DNA of 64,000 bases from the NCBI RefSeq assembly GCF_009914755.1, contig NC_060927.1. One strand, written 5' to 3'. Origin of the DNA: the human T2T-CHM13v2.0 reference genome, Homo sapiens. The position numbers and the translations under genes are program-made. Within the stretch, counting starts at the first letter, position 1. Each line of letters opens with the position of its first letter. Shown piece by piece: positions 10,588-24,850 of this stretch. The notes beneath the pieces were generated by a model. It saw only the letters and a program-made list of their open reading frames with translations, had not been told where the DNA came from and searched no databases.

Positions 10588-13024
10588 TAGGCATATCTCA
10601 TTTTATTGTACTTTACTGTGCTTCACAGATATTACATTTTTTACAAATTGAAGGTTTGTGGCAACCCTGCATTGAGCAAGTCTGTCGAGGCCACTTTTTC
10701 CGATAGCATAGGCTCACTTCATGTCTCTGTGTCACGTTTTGGTAATTCTCACAATACTTCAGACTTTTCCATTATATATCAAACTTTCTCATTATTATTG
10801 TTATGGTCATCTGTAATCAGTGATCTTTGATGTTACTATTATAATTGTTTGGGGGCACAACAAACCACACCCATATAAGACAGGACAAACTTAATCTATC
10901 AGTATTGTGTGTGTTCTGACTGCTCCACTGACTGGTGGTTCTCGCATCTCTCTCCCTCTCCCCAGGCCTCCTTATTCCCTGAGACACAACAATATTAAAT
11001 TCAGTCAACTAATGGCCCTATAATGGCCTCTAAGTGTTCAAAAAAAAAAAGGGAAAAGTTACACATCTCTCACTTTAAATCAAAGTTAGAAATGATTAGT
11101 GAGGAAGGCATATTGAGAACCAAGATAGGCCAAAAGCTAAGTTTCTTGAGCCAGACAATTAGCCAGGTTGTGAATGCAAAGGAAAAGCTCTTGAAGGAAG
11201 TTAAAAGTGCTACTCCAGTGAACACATGAATGATAAAATGGAATAGCCTTATTGCTGATGGGGAGAAAGTTTGTGAGGTCTGGATAGAAGGTCAAACCTG
11301 CCACAACATTCCCTTAAGCCAAAGCCATATTCAGAGCAAGGCCCTATTCTTCTTCTATTCTGTGAAGACTGAGAGAGGTGAGGAAGCTGCAGTGGAAAAG
11401 TTTGAAGCTAGCAGAGGTTGGTTCATGAGGTTTAAGGAAAGAAGCCATCTCTATAACATAAAAGTGCAAGGTGAAGCAGCAAGTGCTGATGGAGGAGCTG
11501 CAGGTTATCCAGAAGATCTAGCTAAGATCATTGATGAAGGTGGCTACTCTAAACAATAGATTTCATCAATGTTGACAAAACAGCCTTTTACTGGAAGAAG
11601 AGGCCATCTACAACTTTCATAACTAAAAAGAAGTCAATACCTGGCTTCAAAGAACAGGCTGTCTTGTTAGGGGCTGATGTAGCTGGTGACTTCCAGTTGA
11701 AGCCAGTGCTCATTTTAGCACTCCAAATATCCTAGGTCCCTTAAAAGGTATGCTAAATTTACTCTGCCTGTGCTCTATAAATAAAACAACAAAGCCTGAA
11801 TGATAGTGCATATGTTTACAGCATGGTTTACTGAATATTTTAAGCCCACTTTTGAGACCTACTGCTCAGAAAAAAAAAAAGATTCCTTTCAAAATATTAT
11901 TGCTCATTGGCAATGCATCTGATCACCTGGGAGCTCTGATGAAAATATACAAGGAGATGAACGTTGTTTTCATGCCTGCTAACATAATATCCACTCTACA
12001 GCCCAAGATCAAGCAGTAATTTTGACTTTTAAGTCTTATTTCAGAAATACATTTCATAACACTATAACAGCCACAGATGATTCTTCTGATAGATCTTGGC
12101 AAAGTAAATTGAAAACAAACCTTTTGGAAAGGATTCACCATTCTAGATGTCATTAAGAGCATTTGTGATTTGTGAGAAGAGGTAAAAATATTAACAGGCG
12201 TTTGGAAAAAGTTGATTCCAGCCCACACTGATGACTTTGAGGGATTCAGAACTTCAGTGGAGGAAGTAACTGCAGATGTGATAGAAATAGCAAGAGAACT
12301 AGAATTAGAAGTGGAGCCTGACAGTGTACTGAATTGCTGCAATCTCATGAGAAAACTTGGACAGGTGAAGAGTTGCCTGTTACGAATGAGCAAAGAAAAT
12401 GGTTTTTTGAAATGGAATCTACTCCTGGTGAAGATACTATGAACATTGTTGAAATGACAAAAAAATGATTTAGAATAGTTCATAAACTTAGTTGATAAAG
12501 CAGTAGCCAGGGTTTGAGAGGATTGACTTCAACTTTGAAAAATGTTTACTGTAAGTAAAATGCTATCAAATAGCATCACGTGCTACAGAGAACTCTTTCA
12601 TGAAAGGAAGATCATTCAACATGGCAGACTTCATAATTGTCTTATTTTAAGAAACTGCCAAAGCCACCCCAAACCTCAGCATCCACCACCCTGATCAGTT
12701 AGCAACCATCGACATCAAGACCCTCAACCAACAAACAGATTACAACTTACTGAAGGCCCAGATTATTTTTAGTGTTTCTTTAGCAATAACGTATTTTAAT
12801 TAGCTGTGTACATTTTTGGGGCACAATGCTGTTGCACAGTTAAAAGACTACAGAATGTTGTAAACATAAATTTTATGTGCACAACATTTAATAGACTACA
12901 GTATAGTCTATCTAACTTTTATATGCACTGGGAAACAAAAAATTTGTGTGACTCACTTTTTTGTGATATTCGCTTTATTGTGGTGGTCTGGAACTGAACC
13001 CACAATATGCCCAAGGTGTGCCTA
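10588..13024 (+). mobile_element. Near full-length Tigger1 DNA transposon with decayed transposase
   Basis: TIR-like ends TAGGCATATCTC... and ...CAAGGTGTGCCTA; about 2.4 kb. ORF pieces 11023-11229, 11230-11559 ([20 protein letters not shown]-type HTH) and 12212-12442 are separated by stops and frameshifts. Confidence 0.93.
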
Positions 13025-13290
13025 CATTACCTTTAACACAGAACAATTTGGAAAATTGTTTTCAGTGAATGGGAGAAAAATTATTCTTGGAACTGAAATC
13101 AAAACACAGCTCATTAAGCTTGTGGCATTTGCTTTGGTTTTTCTAAGAAAACTTAAGGCTTCATTTCTTTTTCCTTGGAATTGAGTATTATTTACTTCTA
13201 TCTAGTCACTTATTACTTGGTATTCACACAGCCCACATACCTCATAAATTGCATCTTGTCCTTTTGGAATAAACTCCACAGTATGTTTTA

Positions 13291-13778
13291 TTTATTTATT
13301 TATTTTTATTGATATATCTTAGTTGTATGTATTTTGAGGGTATGTGTGACATTTTGATACCTGTATATAATGTGTCGTGATCAAATCAGGGTAACTGGAA
13401 TATCCATCACCTGAAACATTTATCTTTTCTTTGTGTTGAAAATGTTACAATTCTTTTCTTCCAGCTATTTTGAAATATACAATAAATTGTTGTTAACTGT
13501 AATTTCCCTACTATACTATTGAATACTATAACTTTTTCCTTCCATTTAACTGTATTTTTGTACCCTTTAACCAACTTCTCTTCATCCCTTCCTCCTCACT
13601 TCCTTTCCCAGCCCCTGGTAACCACCGAAATTCTACTCTCTACCTCCATGAGGTCCACTTTTTTAGCGCCCACATATGAATGAGAACATGTAATATTTGT
13701 CTTTCTGTGCCTGGATTATTTCACTTAATATAATGACCTCCAGTTTCATCCATGTTGCTGCCGGTGACAGGGTTTTAT
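13291..13778 (-). mobile_element. L1MA 3' end with TSD
   Basis: L1MA-type 3'UTR in reverse with (TTTA)n tail. TSD TCCACAGTATG[T/C]TTTA at 13275-13290 and 13779-13794. Confidence 0.85.
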
Positions 13779-15814
13779 TCCACAGTATGCTTTAGAGATA
13801 CTCCAATGTATTTGTAATATCCTTTGAAAAATACATTAAACAATTATCACCGTGGGCTAAGAATATGCACAAGTTAACAAATATATGGGGAAATATTGAA
13901 CCTCATTAGAAATCAAGGGAATAGAGGTTTATGCTTCAAGTAGTTTTTAAAATTAAATTAGTGGCACTCTTTTCCATGGCTGGGGAAGTATAAATGGGCA
14001 CAACATTTTACCATCATGTATCAAGAGCCTTTAGCATATCCAAGCACTCTTTTTCCCAGTAATTTCATGTTTGAAAACCTACAACTGATGATGTAAGATA
14101 ATTTTTTAAATGCTGTACAAAAATGAGTTATACTGAATTATTTGTAATATAAAGAATATTCATAATCTAAATGCTCAACAATAAAATGGTAGAAGTAAGT
14201 TAGGACACATTCAACGTGACACAATATGATAAATCCTTTAAAATAATGTACATGTTTTGTTAGTATGGGTAAACTCTTATATTAAAATGTTAGATTGAAA
14301 ACTGCAATGCAAAATGTACATATAATCACTATGTAATAAGGAAAACATAGAAAAATAGAAAAGGAAATATACAATCAATGATATTAGGAGTAATCATTCT
14401 TTAGGAGCTAGGCTTGTGGATTATTTTCTTCTTACCTCTATTTTCCATTTAGTTTCCAAGTTTTCCACATTTTGCATGCATGCTTTTATAACCAGGAATA
14501 AATAAACATAAAGAAATGTAGGACTTGCTCCCTTCTCTCTTCCCCATTCCAAAATCCTCTCCTTTATCAGCCTAGTGTTGCCCTTCCCCCCATCCCTGCC
14601 CCACTTTAAGCCACAGGGCTGATACCACCTGGCTTCCCAGGGATAATGGAGCCACTGAAGGGGACATGTATTTTGAAGTCCCAATTAATGGGCAATTTAG
14701 GTTAAGATACCGCCCTGTCTAAATCAGATCTCTGCAGAGACTGTAACCACAGAGCTCAATCTGAATCATTGTCAAAGTGACCCTAAGTGACCATGAGGTG
14801 GATAGGAATTCTTTAAAATTTAAATTGCCACCAGTGAAAGCTAAACATATTTTCCATTCACTAGTTCTTTAATATCAATAGATTAAAGAACAAATAAATG
14901 TATCAAGAGGACTTGCTATGGGTATGGGATTGAATTTGTCTTTTCAGATGAGTTGTTTCATTTAATCCTTACAAGAACTCTGTGAAGGGCAAGTGATAAA
15001 CCACGTGTAGGGCCAGGGAAGTCTGAAACTTGGAATGATTATGTGGTTGTCTCAAGGTCACCTTGTTTGTCCCAAGTTCAGGAGTCTCCTTACAATATCC
15101 TCAGGAAAACAGCCTGAGCCTCTGGGTCCCCTGCCTTCAACTGCTCAACAGGCCTCCTTACTCAACCAGGCCCTGCACCCTAGTTTAAGTCTTTAGAGGA
15201 ATGGCCAGCCTGTGCTCCCTCACCTCAAAAGAATGGTGGTGATTTCTGCTTCCTCTTGAAGGCACTTGTGTCTACAAGGCACTTAACTGCACACTTGGAT
15301 TTCCTGAGCAGCTGTAGTAGTGAGAACAGACCTGAACAGGGGAGTAACCATCAGGGAACACAGCCCCAACACAGCATAGTGGCCTCACAGCCCATGGGTA
15401 TAGCATTGGCACTCCCGCTAACTGTTTTGTCACTCTGGCTGCCTTAAGTTCATCTTACCCGAGGCCTTTAAGCTCTAACATTTATCCTATCTGGACCACA
15501 GAGGATGAGTTGGTGGTATCCACTGAATGATTGAATCCTTAGAAGTCTGTGTTCTTAGTGAAAGTATATACCATGACCTTGCACATGAGGGGCATGAATT
15601 AAATCTTTAAGTTATTTTGGAAACTCATTGGCCTCCCAATTCATCTTTTAATAGGATTTAAAAGAGGAAGAAAAATGAAGCTTTACGTTGGTATACAAAG
15701 TTTGACAGGCTTTTTATTAAATCTGTAATGTCCACAATATCTGAGCATTTAGGATACATTTATAGCCTGATCACCATAGGTTTTTATTAACATGAGTTTG
15801 TTTGCATAAGGGAC

Positions 15815-16178
15815 TATGATGGTTAATTTTATGTGTCAACTTGGCTAGGTCATATCACCTAGGTATTGAGTCAAATACTAGTCTGGATGTTGCAGTGAAA
15901 ATATTTTTTAGATAAATTAATTTAAATCAATAGACTTTGAGTAAAGCAAATTGCCCTTCACAATGTGGGTGAGCCTTATCCAATCCACTAAAGGCCTTAA
16001 GAGAAAAAAGACTGACCTTCCCAAAGATGAGGGAATTCTTCCAGCAGTCTGCCTTCAAACTCAAGCTGCAACATCCACTCTTCCCTGGGTCTCCAGCCTG
16101 CCATCCACCCTACAAAGTGTGGACTTGCTGGCCTCCACAATCTCATAAGCCTATTCCTTAAAATAAATGTCTCTCTCT
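15815..16178 (+). mobile_element. MLT2B-like (ERVL) LTR
   Basis: TGATGGTTAATTTTATGTGTCAACTTGGCT...CCTTAAAATAAATGTCTCTCTCT. Confidence 0.85.
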
Positions 16179-18229
16179 GGCACTTTAGCTAGATGTTAGC
16201 TAGAATGAAGGGGGAGTGGATGCCTTGGCAACCGTCATCGTCTGCCGCAAGGCATATTTTCAAATTACTGGAGATTTTAGCAACTGAAAAAACATCACAC
16301 TGGCTAATAGCATAGTTCTTATTAACTGACTATAGATTCATGGACCAAGGAACACTACTGAGAGGGCCACATTTTTTGGCCTTGGAGCAATTAGGGTAAT
16401 AAGAAATCATGGGTTCTTAAGCTCTGTTTTCTTTTAACAGTCACCAGCCTAGCAGATGTCATCACTGACTCTGCTTATTTACATGGTAGGGAAAAAATGA
16501 CAAATATTTAACTGCTTTACACTCTGGTATTTAAGTTTGTACCCAGTCTTGAGGCCTTTAGGCATTTCCTTAGCACCACCTTTTTAGCATATAATCAATC
16601 AAGTACATACCCACCAATCACACCAGTGTTTGATATATCTTAGTGGCATTACAATGAAAACTACTCCTGAAAATATAATAAGCTGCAGTATTAGATATGC
16701 TACAAATGTGCTTTAAGGTTTTTGGGAAAAAATAAAATGGGAAAGTTTATCTTTTGTTCAAGTGCCAGTATAAAAAGGCTATCAAATAGAAAACAAACTG
16801 CCATCATAGGTAATGCTCCTCATTTAGCCCCTAATTGATAACACCTTTAAATTAGGGGAGAAAAATCAATAGAAAATGCTCTTTAAAATTGAGGCAACAG
16901 TTGAACAGCTTGTCACAAGTTGAGGCGGGAGAAAAGCCAAAAACATAAAAAGCACCTGTGACTCAGATGTTTGATGACTTCTGGAGGAAGAATATGCCCA
17001 CCTCTCTGGTTTGCTTCTCATCACTCAGCCATACCATACCAAGGGCATGAACAGGCCTTACAACAGATAATCCCCATTGTAATCATTTTTCATCTGTCCA
17101 TAGCACTTTACTGTTTTCAAATGTTTTGGTTGAGGAGTTACATCCAGGCCAAACAAACCTTGTTACAATGTCTTTTACTAAGGAACATAGCTCCTCTACT
17201 CTGGCCTGTCTTGGACCAGGATCTAGACAGCAAGGGTAAGCTGAGAGCCCCACAATAGATTCCAATTTTAACACGAGCTGGAGGTTTTCTTTAACTAGAT
17301 AATACAGAAATAAGAGAATTAATTGAGAATGACTAAATCCATGCCATGAACTAAACCATATATGATTATTAGCATTCACATAAACATCATTGTAATTCAA
17401 CAAATATTAATTAGTGTACAGAGGGGTTTTGATGTTAACATCTAATTCTTCCCCACTAAGGAAGTGGTAAAAGCTTAGCCAGCAGGTGTGAGAGGCATCC
17501 CTGGCTCTTTAGCGAGCTTGTGTGGTTCTTTGAAGATCATCAGCTTGCTTTGGGAACCATGCCTCGGCATTCTTTCCGTTCCTTGGGATGTAATTAAATA
17601 TGAAGCTAGTTAGGGCAAGGGGATACTTCCCTTGCCACCACCACACATATCTTGTGATTCAATTGCCTCCTAGCAGTGTTTATTCTACAGCTTCCAACTT
17701 CACTGTCAGTTTTCCTGATTGAGAACATGGGAGAACTTATCAGGTTGGTTTTCAGCTAAGTACTTGCTGACTTTAGACCTTTGGCCTCAAGCTGGAGGCC
17801 TGCATCCCACTTCTTGACAACCCTAAGCACAGCAAGTATACTCTTAGAGTCTCTTCTCAGAGTCTTTCCCATACCACAGCTTGTCGGGGCTTATGGTTTT
17901 CTTTTCCGGATAAACATGGCTGTTTCCCAGCTGCTGTAGGGGCAAGCTTTAATTAGAGAGAATTTTATTTAACAACCACTATGTGCTAGGCACTGCTCTA
18001 AGAGCATTATAAATATTAACTCTTCAAATATGCATAATTATACCACGAGGTAGGTACTATTATTTCTCCATTATATTTATAGAGAAACTTAAGCACAAAT
18101 AAGCTAAATAACTTAGGTTAATTAATAGATTAGATTTCACTAAGCAGCTTTAGTTTAATAGATGGAATTGGATTAACTGAAAAACCATAGCGCATTATAA
18201 AATGAAGCAGGTTGGGTACCTTCCCGAAG

Positions 18230-18420
18230 TTGTCAGTCTGTGGTATGTGTTGGAATTACAGACTCTGGAATTAAATACTTGAATTGAAATCCACCGTTCA
18301 CTATGCAAAGGGTAGGGGTAGCAGTGCCCATCCCTTGGAGTTGTTGTGAGGATTAAATCAAGGAAATTTGCTTCAGTACCTGACATTTATGTGTTTAGTG
18401 AATATCAGTTACTTTTATTA
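18230..18420. mobile_element. MIR remnants (also about 19230-19400, 25600-25720, 36870-37090, 54550-54750, 59100-59300, 61260-61460)
   Basis: MIR core-like motifs (GTTGTTGTGAGGATTAAAT, GGCAAGTTATT...CTCTGTGCCTC, CCCATTTTACA...AAACT); boundaries approximate. Confidence 0.65.
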
Positions 18421-20182
18421 ATTACTGCTGTTATTGATGTGATAGTAACAGTGTTGCCGGCTTCTCTAGGAGCCCTAAAGAAGAGCCCTTTAGCATCTAT
18501 GGACTATGCTGGAATGAAACTCAACACCCCCACCACCTTCCACACCTTCTCTTCTTTCCTCCCTTCACCTTCATGCTTGGTTCCCTATCTACTAGATTCT
18601 GGTAAGCTCCAGATTCACAAAAAGAGCCTCAATTAAGATTTTGGAGAAGCCTAAACAGTCCTATGTCAAAAGCTGCCAAGAGCCAGGGTGTTCTTCACAT
18701 TTTCCCTCAGCCTGACTCATCAAAGCCGGCTTGTTACTGGGATTGCATTTTGGAACTAAGGCAGCTGGTATTTCAAAGGGGCTGAAGTTAAAAAGAAGAA
18801 ATGAAAAATATCTCTTTTCTAACACATCAGAGTCCTTGAATGAATTAGAACAGCAATTAGAAGCTAACGTTAATCTAGACAACCTCCGTATGTCATAAAA
18901 TAGGAGAATGATGCTGACCTGTAAGAACAGGCACCATATGCCTTGGTAACTCCCAGCAAGTCCTGCTCAGAGGCCCCAGTGGCTTCTCACAGACCACCCC
19001 TGTCCCAGAACTCATACTTTCTCTGTCTTAGTGGTGCACACATGGAATGATGGAGCCTAAAATATGTTATCAAAAAGGTAATGATCTTCTGCACTAGAAA
19101 CTTGTGTTTTGGGAAGGCCAGAATTTTCCTCTGCTAGCAACATCTTCCAGAGGAAGGGATGGGGCTTTGCTTTCTTTTGGGGTTCTTTTCCATCCTATAT
19201 CCATGCATTAAGTTCATGTGCTCTGCATCAGACAGATTAATGGGTTTGAATGCTGGATTAGCCACTTATTTGCTGGGTGATGGTGGACAAGTTATTTAAC
19301 CCTTCTGAGTTTGGAAGTAACAGTACTTTCCTCAAAAGATTATTGTAGAGGAAAAGAGGGATACAGCACAAAAATCACTTAGCAATGACTTAGCTGCAAT
19401 GACTCAGAGCTATTACTATGATGTTTTCATTTTGAAGTTGCTGCATGGGTATTTACTTTATAAAATATTTAGCACCATATCATTGCTTATGATTATGAAA
19501 CCATTTTCTCAATGTGTAGTACTTCTTTTTTAGCACGCAAACAATTTAATTTCTATAATTAATTCCCATAATTTTTTTCCCAGCATTGACCTAAGGCAGT
19601 TAAAGATACCACCACTTGGGAATTGGTGAATGAGGAGACTTAGGTACCTTCTGAAAGACTTCATAGGATCATACAGTGAATGTTTGAGGATATTAAGACT
19701 CAAGTCATCATCTAATAAACTTAAGTGTGTATTACTTTAAGTTTTGAAGTCCCTAGAAACTAAAAAATATGTGTAGAAGACTATAGCTTCAAGACAAACA
19801 TCAAATGAAAACTATTTGTACTGTATCTCAATAGGCATTTCATTTTTTTCTGCTCAAAAGTTTTAATCATCAAGCTAAGTTAATATTATATAGCTAACAT
19901 TTTTTAACTTGACTACATGAATGTCTTCTTTAATGTGCAATTTTTAAAAGTTTGCTATGCAATTATAAAGTTATACCAAGAGAATTAAGAATGAGATTAC
20001 AAATACTTATGGCTCCTTCACTCAGATTATGAACTAAAACATTATCTATCCTAAGGAAGCCCCTGAGTCCTCTTTTTTAATTGCATTTTTCCCTTCCCCC
20101 AGAGATAATCACCATTTTGAACATGGTACTTGGGTTGTATTCACTAATGGTGGTTTCATACTTTCAATATGACTATACGGAT

Positions 20183-20987
20183 TCTTTTTTTCTCTTTTTT
20201 AAATTATACTTTAAGTTCTGGGATACATGTGCAGAATGTGCAGGTTTGTTACATAGGTATATACGTGCCATGGTGGTTTGCTGCACCCATCAACCCGTCA
20301 TCTACATTAGGTATTTCTCCTAATGCTATCCCTCCCCTAGCCCCCCACCCCCCAACAGGCCCCGGTGTGTGATGTTCCCCTCCCTGTGTCCATGTGTTCT
20401 CATTGTTCAGCTCCCACTTATGAGTGAGAACATGTAGTGTTTGGTTTTCTGTTCTGTTTTAGTTTGCTGAGAATAATGATTTCCAGTTTCATCCATGTCC
20501 CTGCAAAGGACATGAACTCATCCTTTTTTGTGGCTGCATAGTATTCTGTGGTGTATATGTGCCACATTTTCTTTATCCAGTCTATTATTGATAGGTATTT
20601 GGCCTGTTTCCAAGTCTTTGCTATTGTGAATAGTGCTGCAATAAACTTACGTGTGCATGTGTCTTTATAGTAGAATGATTTCTAATCCTTTGGGTATATA
20701 CCCAGTAATGGGATTGCTGGGTCAAATGGTATTTCTGGTTCTAGATCCTTGAGGAATTGCCACACTGTCTTCCACAATAGTTGAACTAATTTACACTCCC
20801 ACCAACAGTGTAAAAGCATTCCTGTTTCTCCACATCCTCTCCAGCAACTGTTGTTTCCTGACTTTTTAATGATCGCCATTCTAACTGGCATGAGATGGTA
20901 TCTCGTTGTGGTTTTGATTTGCATTTCTCTGATGACCATTGATGATGAGCTTTTTTTCATATGTTTGTTGGCCGTATAAATGTCTTT
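20183..20987 (-). mobile_element. L1PA (about PA6-PA7) 3' fragment
   Basis: Reverse 3'UTR TTATACTTTAAGTTCTGGGATACATGTGCAG; ORF 20682-20960(-) is the ORF2p C-terminus. Confidence 0.9.
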
Positions 20988-21933
20988 CTTTGTTTCTTTG
21001 ATTGGTGATCTGTCTTTTCAAAGACACTTTGTCTTTGAGTTCTTGAGCCCTTGCCTTATTGAGTTCATGTTTCTATTAGGTTTTCCATAGTGCGAAATCC
21101 TCAAGAGGAATTTTCTTTTGTTTTTTCTTGGATTTTCTTAACTTCCAGACTGGGTTCTTCATCTCCTTTTTAGATACTGGTCTAAGCCAGGTGTTTTGTG
21201 TTTGCCCCGTGAAGGGCCAGATCAACATTCCATCCAAAATTAGTTTCCATGTTGAGATGACAACTCCAAACCCACTAAGAGGATATGAAAAAGTTCATTA
21301 TTCACATGATGGGACTTTGTGAGGCAAACTGGAAGGCTCATGCCAGTCCAGATAACAAGCAAGGCAGAGAGAATGGGTTGGGCCCTTACAGTGACTAGGG
21401 AGTGGAATGGGATAAGGCTTTCTGCATGTGGTGTGGGACTTGAGTGTGTGGGCTTTCTTACCACCTTGCCCAGATATAGGACAAAAGCAAGAGAAAGAAG
21501 AGAGATAGGGCTTCAAAGCTGTCAACTGCCAAACATCAAAAATTGAGTCTTTTTAAAAAAAAAAATTTTACAAGGTGTCATTAATTTTGTCCCTCAGGGG
21601 TGACCCCTGCTTTGGGAAACTCTGTGCTCTGATCATTTTGCCTGAGAACTGTGAGTTCTTCTTGGATGGTTTCAGAGAGGACAGCAAGGCAGTGATGCCT
21701 TTACTCTATTATTTTTAACCAGAAACCTTTGTCTAAATGCCTCTTTATAAATGATATTGATGAACCAAGAGAGTTCTGCCACTTTTAGTTTGTGGACTAT
21801 GTTTTGCTTGAACTCAGATTTTTTTTTTCTTATTTCAAGGGAAAAACACTGACAAAAAAGGCAGCATATATTCTGTTGGTGGTTATTTTGCGAATAAGGC
21901 TGACATGTGTATGGTTATACTTGAATATTTTAG

Positions 21934-22348
<415 letters not shown>

Positions 22349-22510
22349 TAAAAATGTATAGGTTTTCATAATTGAATTGGATGTGCTTTCATTATAATTC
22401 AACAGGATATGCATATTGATGTTGTTATTGACATATTTGATTAAAAACTTCATTATATTATGCATTTCTAAAAGCCCTACTTTTTGATGGAAAGAACAAT
22501 TTTGTGTTCA

Positions 22511-23854
22511 TTTTTAACTTTTATTTTAGGTTCAAGAGTACATGTGAAGGTTTGTTATACAGGTAAACTTCTGTCACAGGGGTTTGTTGTACAGATTATT
22601 TCATTACCCAGTTATTAAGCCCAGTACCCAATAGTTATCTTTCTGCTCCTCTCCCTTCTCCTACCCTCCACCCTCCAGTAGACCCCAGTGTCTGTTTTTC
22701 CCTTCCTCGTGTTCATGAGTTCTCATCATTTAGCTTCCACCTATAAGTGAGAACACGTGGTATTTGGTTTTCTGTTCCTTTGTTAGTTTGCTAAGGCTAA
22801 TAGCCTCCATCTCCACTCATGTTCCCATAAAAGACATGGTCTTGTTCTTTTTTATGGCTGCATCATATTCCATGGTGTATATGTGCCATATTTTCCTTAT
22901 CCAGTCTGTCATTGATGGGCATTTAAGTTGATTGCATGTCTTTGCTATTGTGAGTAGTGCTGCAGTGAACATACATGTGTATGTGTCTTTATGGTAGAAT
23001 GATTTATACTCCTTTGGGTATATACCCAGTAATGGGATTGCTGGGTTGAATGGTAGCTCTGTTTTTAGTTCTTTGAGGAATTGCCATACTGCTTTCCACG
23101 ATGACTGAACTAATTTACACTCCCACCAACAGTGTATAAGTGTTCCCATTTCTCTGCAACCTCACAAGCATCTGTTGGGTTGTTTTTTGTTTGTTTGTTC
23201 AACTTTTTATAATAGCCATTCTGACTGGTGTCAGATGGTATCTCATTGTGGTTTTGATTTGCATTTCTCTAATGATCAGTGATATTGGATTTTTTCAGAT
23301 GCTTGTTGACCACATGTATGTCTTCTTTTGAGAAGTGTCTGTTCATGAACTTTGCCCACTTTGTAATGGGGATATTTATTTTTCTCTTGTAAATTTGTTT
23401 AATTCCTTATAGATGCTGGATATTAGACTTTTTTCTGATGCGTAGTTTGTAAAAATTTTCTCCCATTCTGTAGATTGACTCTTTACTCTGATAGTTTCTT
23501 TTGCTGTGCAGAAGCTCTTAAGTTGAATTAGATCCCATTTGTCAATTTTTGCTTTTATTGCAATTTCTTTTGGTGTATTTGTCATGAAATGTTTGCCTGT
23601 TCCTGTGTCCAGGATGGTATTGCCTAGGTTGTCTTCCAGGGTTTTTATAGTTTTGGATTTCACATTTAACCCTTTAATCTATCTTGAGCTGATTTTCATA
23701 TATAGCGCAAGGAAGGGGTTCAGCTTCAATCTTCTGTACATGGCTAGCCAGTTATCCCAGCACCATTTATTGATTAGGAAGTCCTTTCCCCGTTGCTTGT
23801 TTTTGTCAGCTTTGTTGAAGATCAGATGGTCATAGGTGTGCAGCCTTAGTTCTG
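22511..23854 (-). mobile_element. Older L1PA (about PA13-PA16) 3' 1.35 kb with TSD
   Basis: ORF2p remnants at 22817-23149(-) and 23376-23663(-). TSD AAAGCCCTACTT at 22471-22482 and 23855-23866. Confidence 0.88.
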
Positions 23855-24479
23855 AAAGCCCTACTTATTATTAAAATGAGAAAGACAACATTAAAAGATA
23901 TTAAAAGATTAGTATAAATATTGTATCAAATATATTTCATTTTAAATAAAACATAAATTCTAGAATATGTGTAATGTGTAGGAGGACCCATACAAAATCC
24001 ATGGGCACCCAAATTTTGACTAATAATCAGATAAGGTTAACTCTGGATTCTATTAAATTGATTATAAAATGACCGTGCTTTACATTTTAACGTTTCTGAA
24101 ATCAGGATGGGTCTTCAAAAATATACTTGCCAGGCACCGTGGAAAAAATAAATTGTAAATATAATTGCCTGTTCATTTGTTGACTTGGCCTTGTGTGAAA
24201 AATATCTATTATTGAAATGATCACTTCACTGAGTTATTTGTGCTGGTAGCATCGTGTGCCATTTTTCATTACCTTACCTTGGATAATTAGCTCTTGAGAT
24301 GTCTTTATACACCAAGATGTAGCAAGTCAAAGAAAGTTACTGTGTGCCTGAAAAATCCCAAGTTACACAGGGCTGTTTAGTGGAAAAGCTGTACAACTGC
24401 CAAATCTCTTGACTAGATTAAAGAATTTGAAGGAAAAAAAGATTTAGGAGATGTTGGTGTGAAGCTTATGTACCGTGAG

Positions 24480-24850
24480 AGACAATCCACCTGTCCAAAT
24501 TTCAGTATAAATCTAATTTTGAGGAAACATCAAACAAATACATATATATAAACTGGCTTAAATTTTTCAAAATGTTGATGTCACAAAAGACAAAGGCTGA
24601 GAAAATGTTTGGATTAAAGAAGACTAAGGAGACATGACAGCTAAATGAACTGCCTGATCCTTGATCAACTCCTAAGGTAGGGGAATATAGCTACAAAGGA
24701 CATTGGGACAGTTGGAAATATTTGTTTATGGATAGTAGGGGAATAGTATTGTAGTAATTTAAAATTTCCCTGAATTGATCATTTTCCATGTTTATGTAAG
24801 AGAGTGTCCTTGTTCTTGGAAATACACACTGACATATCCAGTAGTAAAGC
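24480..24850 (+). mobile_element. L1MC-like 3' fragment
   Basis: Diverged similarity to 2890-3250 (TTCAAAA.TGT...AAAGACAAA, GCTACAAAGGACATT, AAGAG..TGTCCT.GTTCTT). Confidence 0.6.

Noticed and set aside
11923-12483. 186-aa minus-strand ORF
   Set aside because: Antisense to the Tigger1 transposase remnant; no coding features.
24480-24850. Similarity to the transduced segment (2890-3250) suggesting a local source
   Set aside because: Far too diverged for a Ta-1-age copy; both are members of the same old L1MC-like family.
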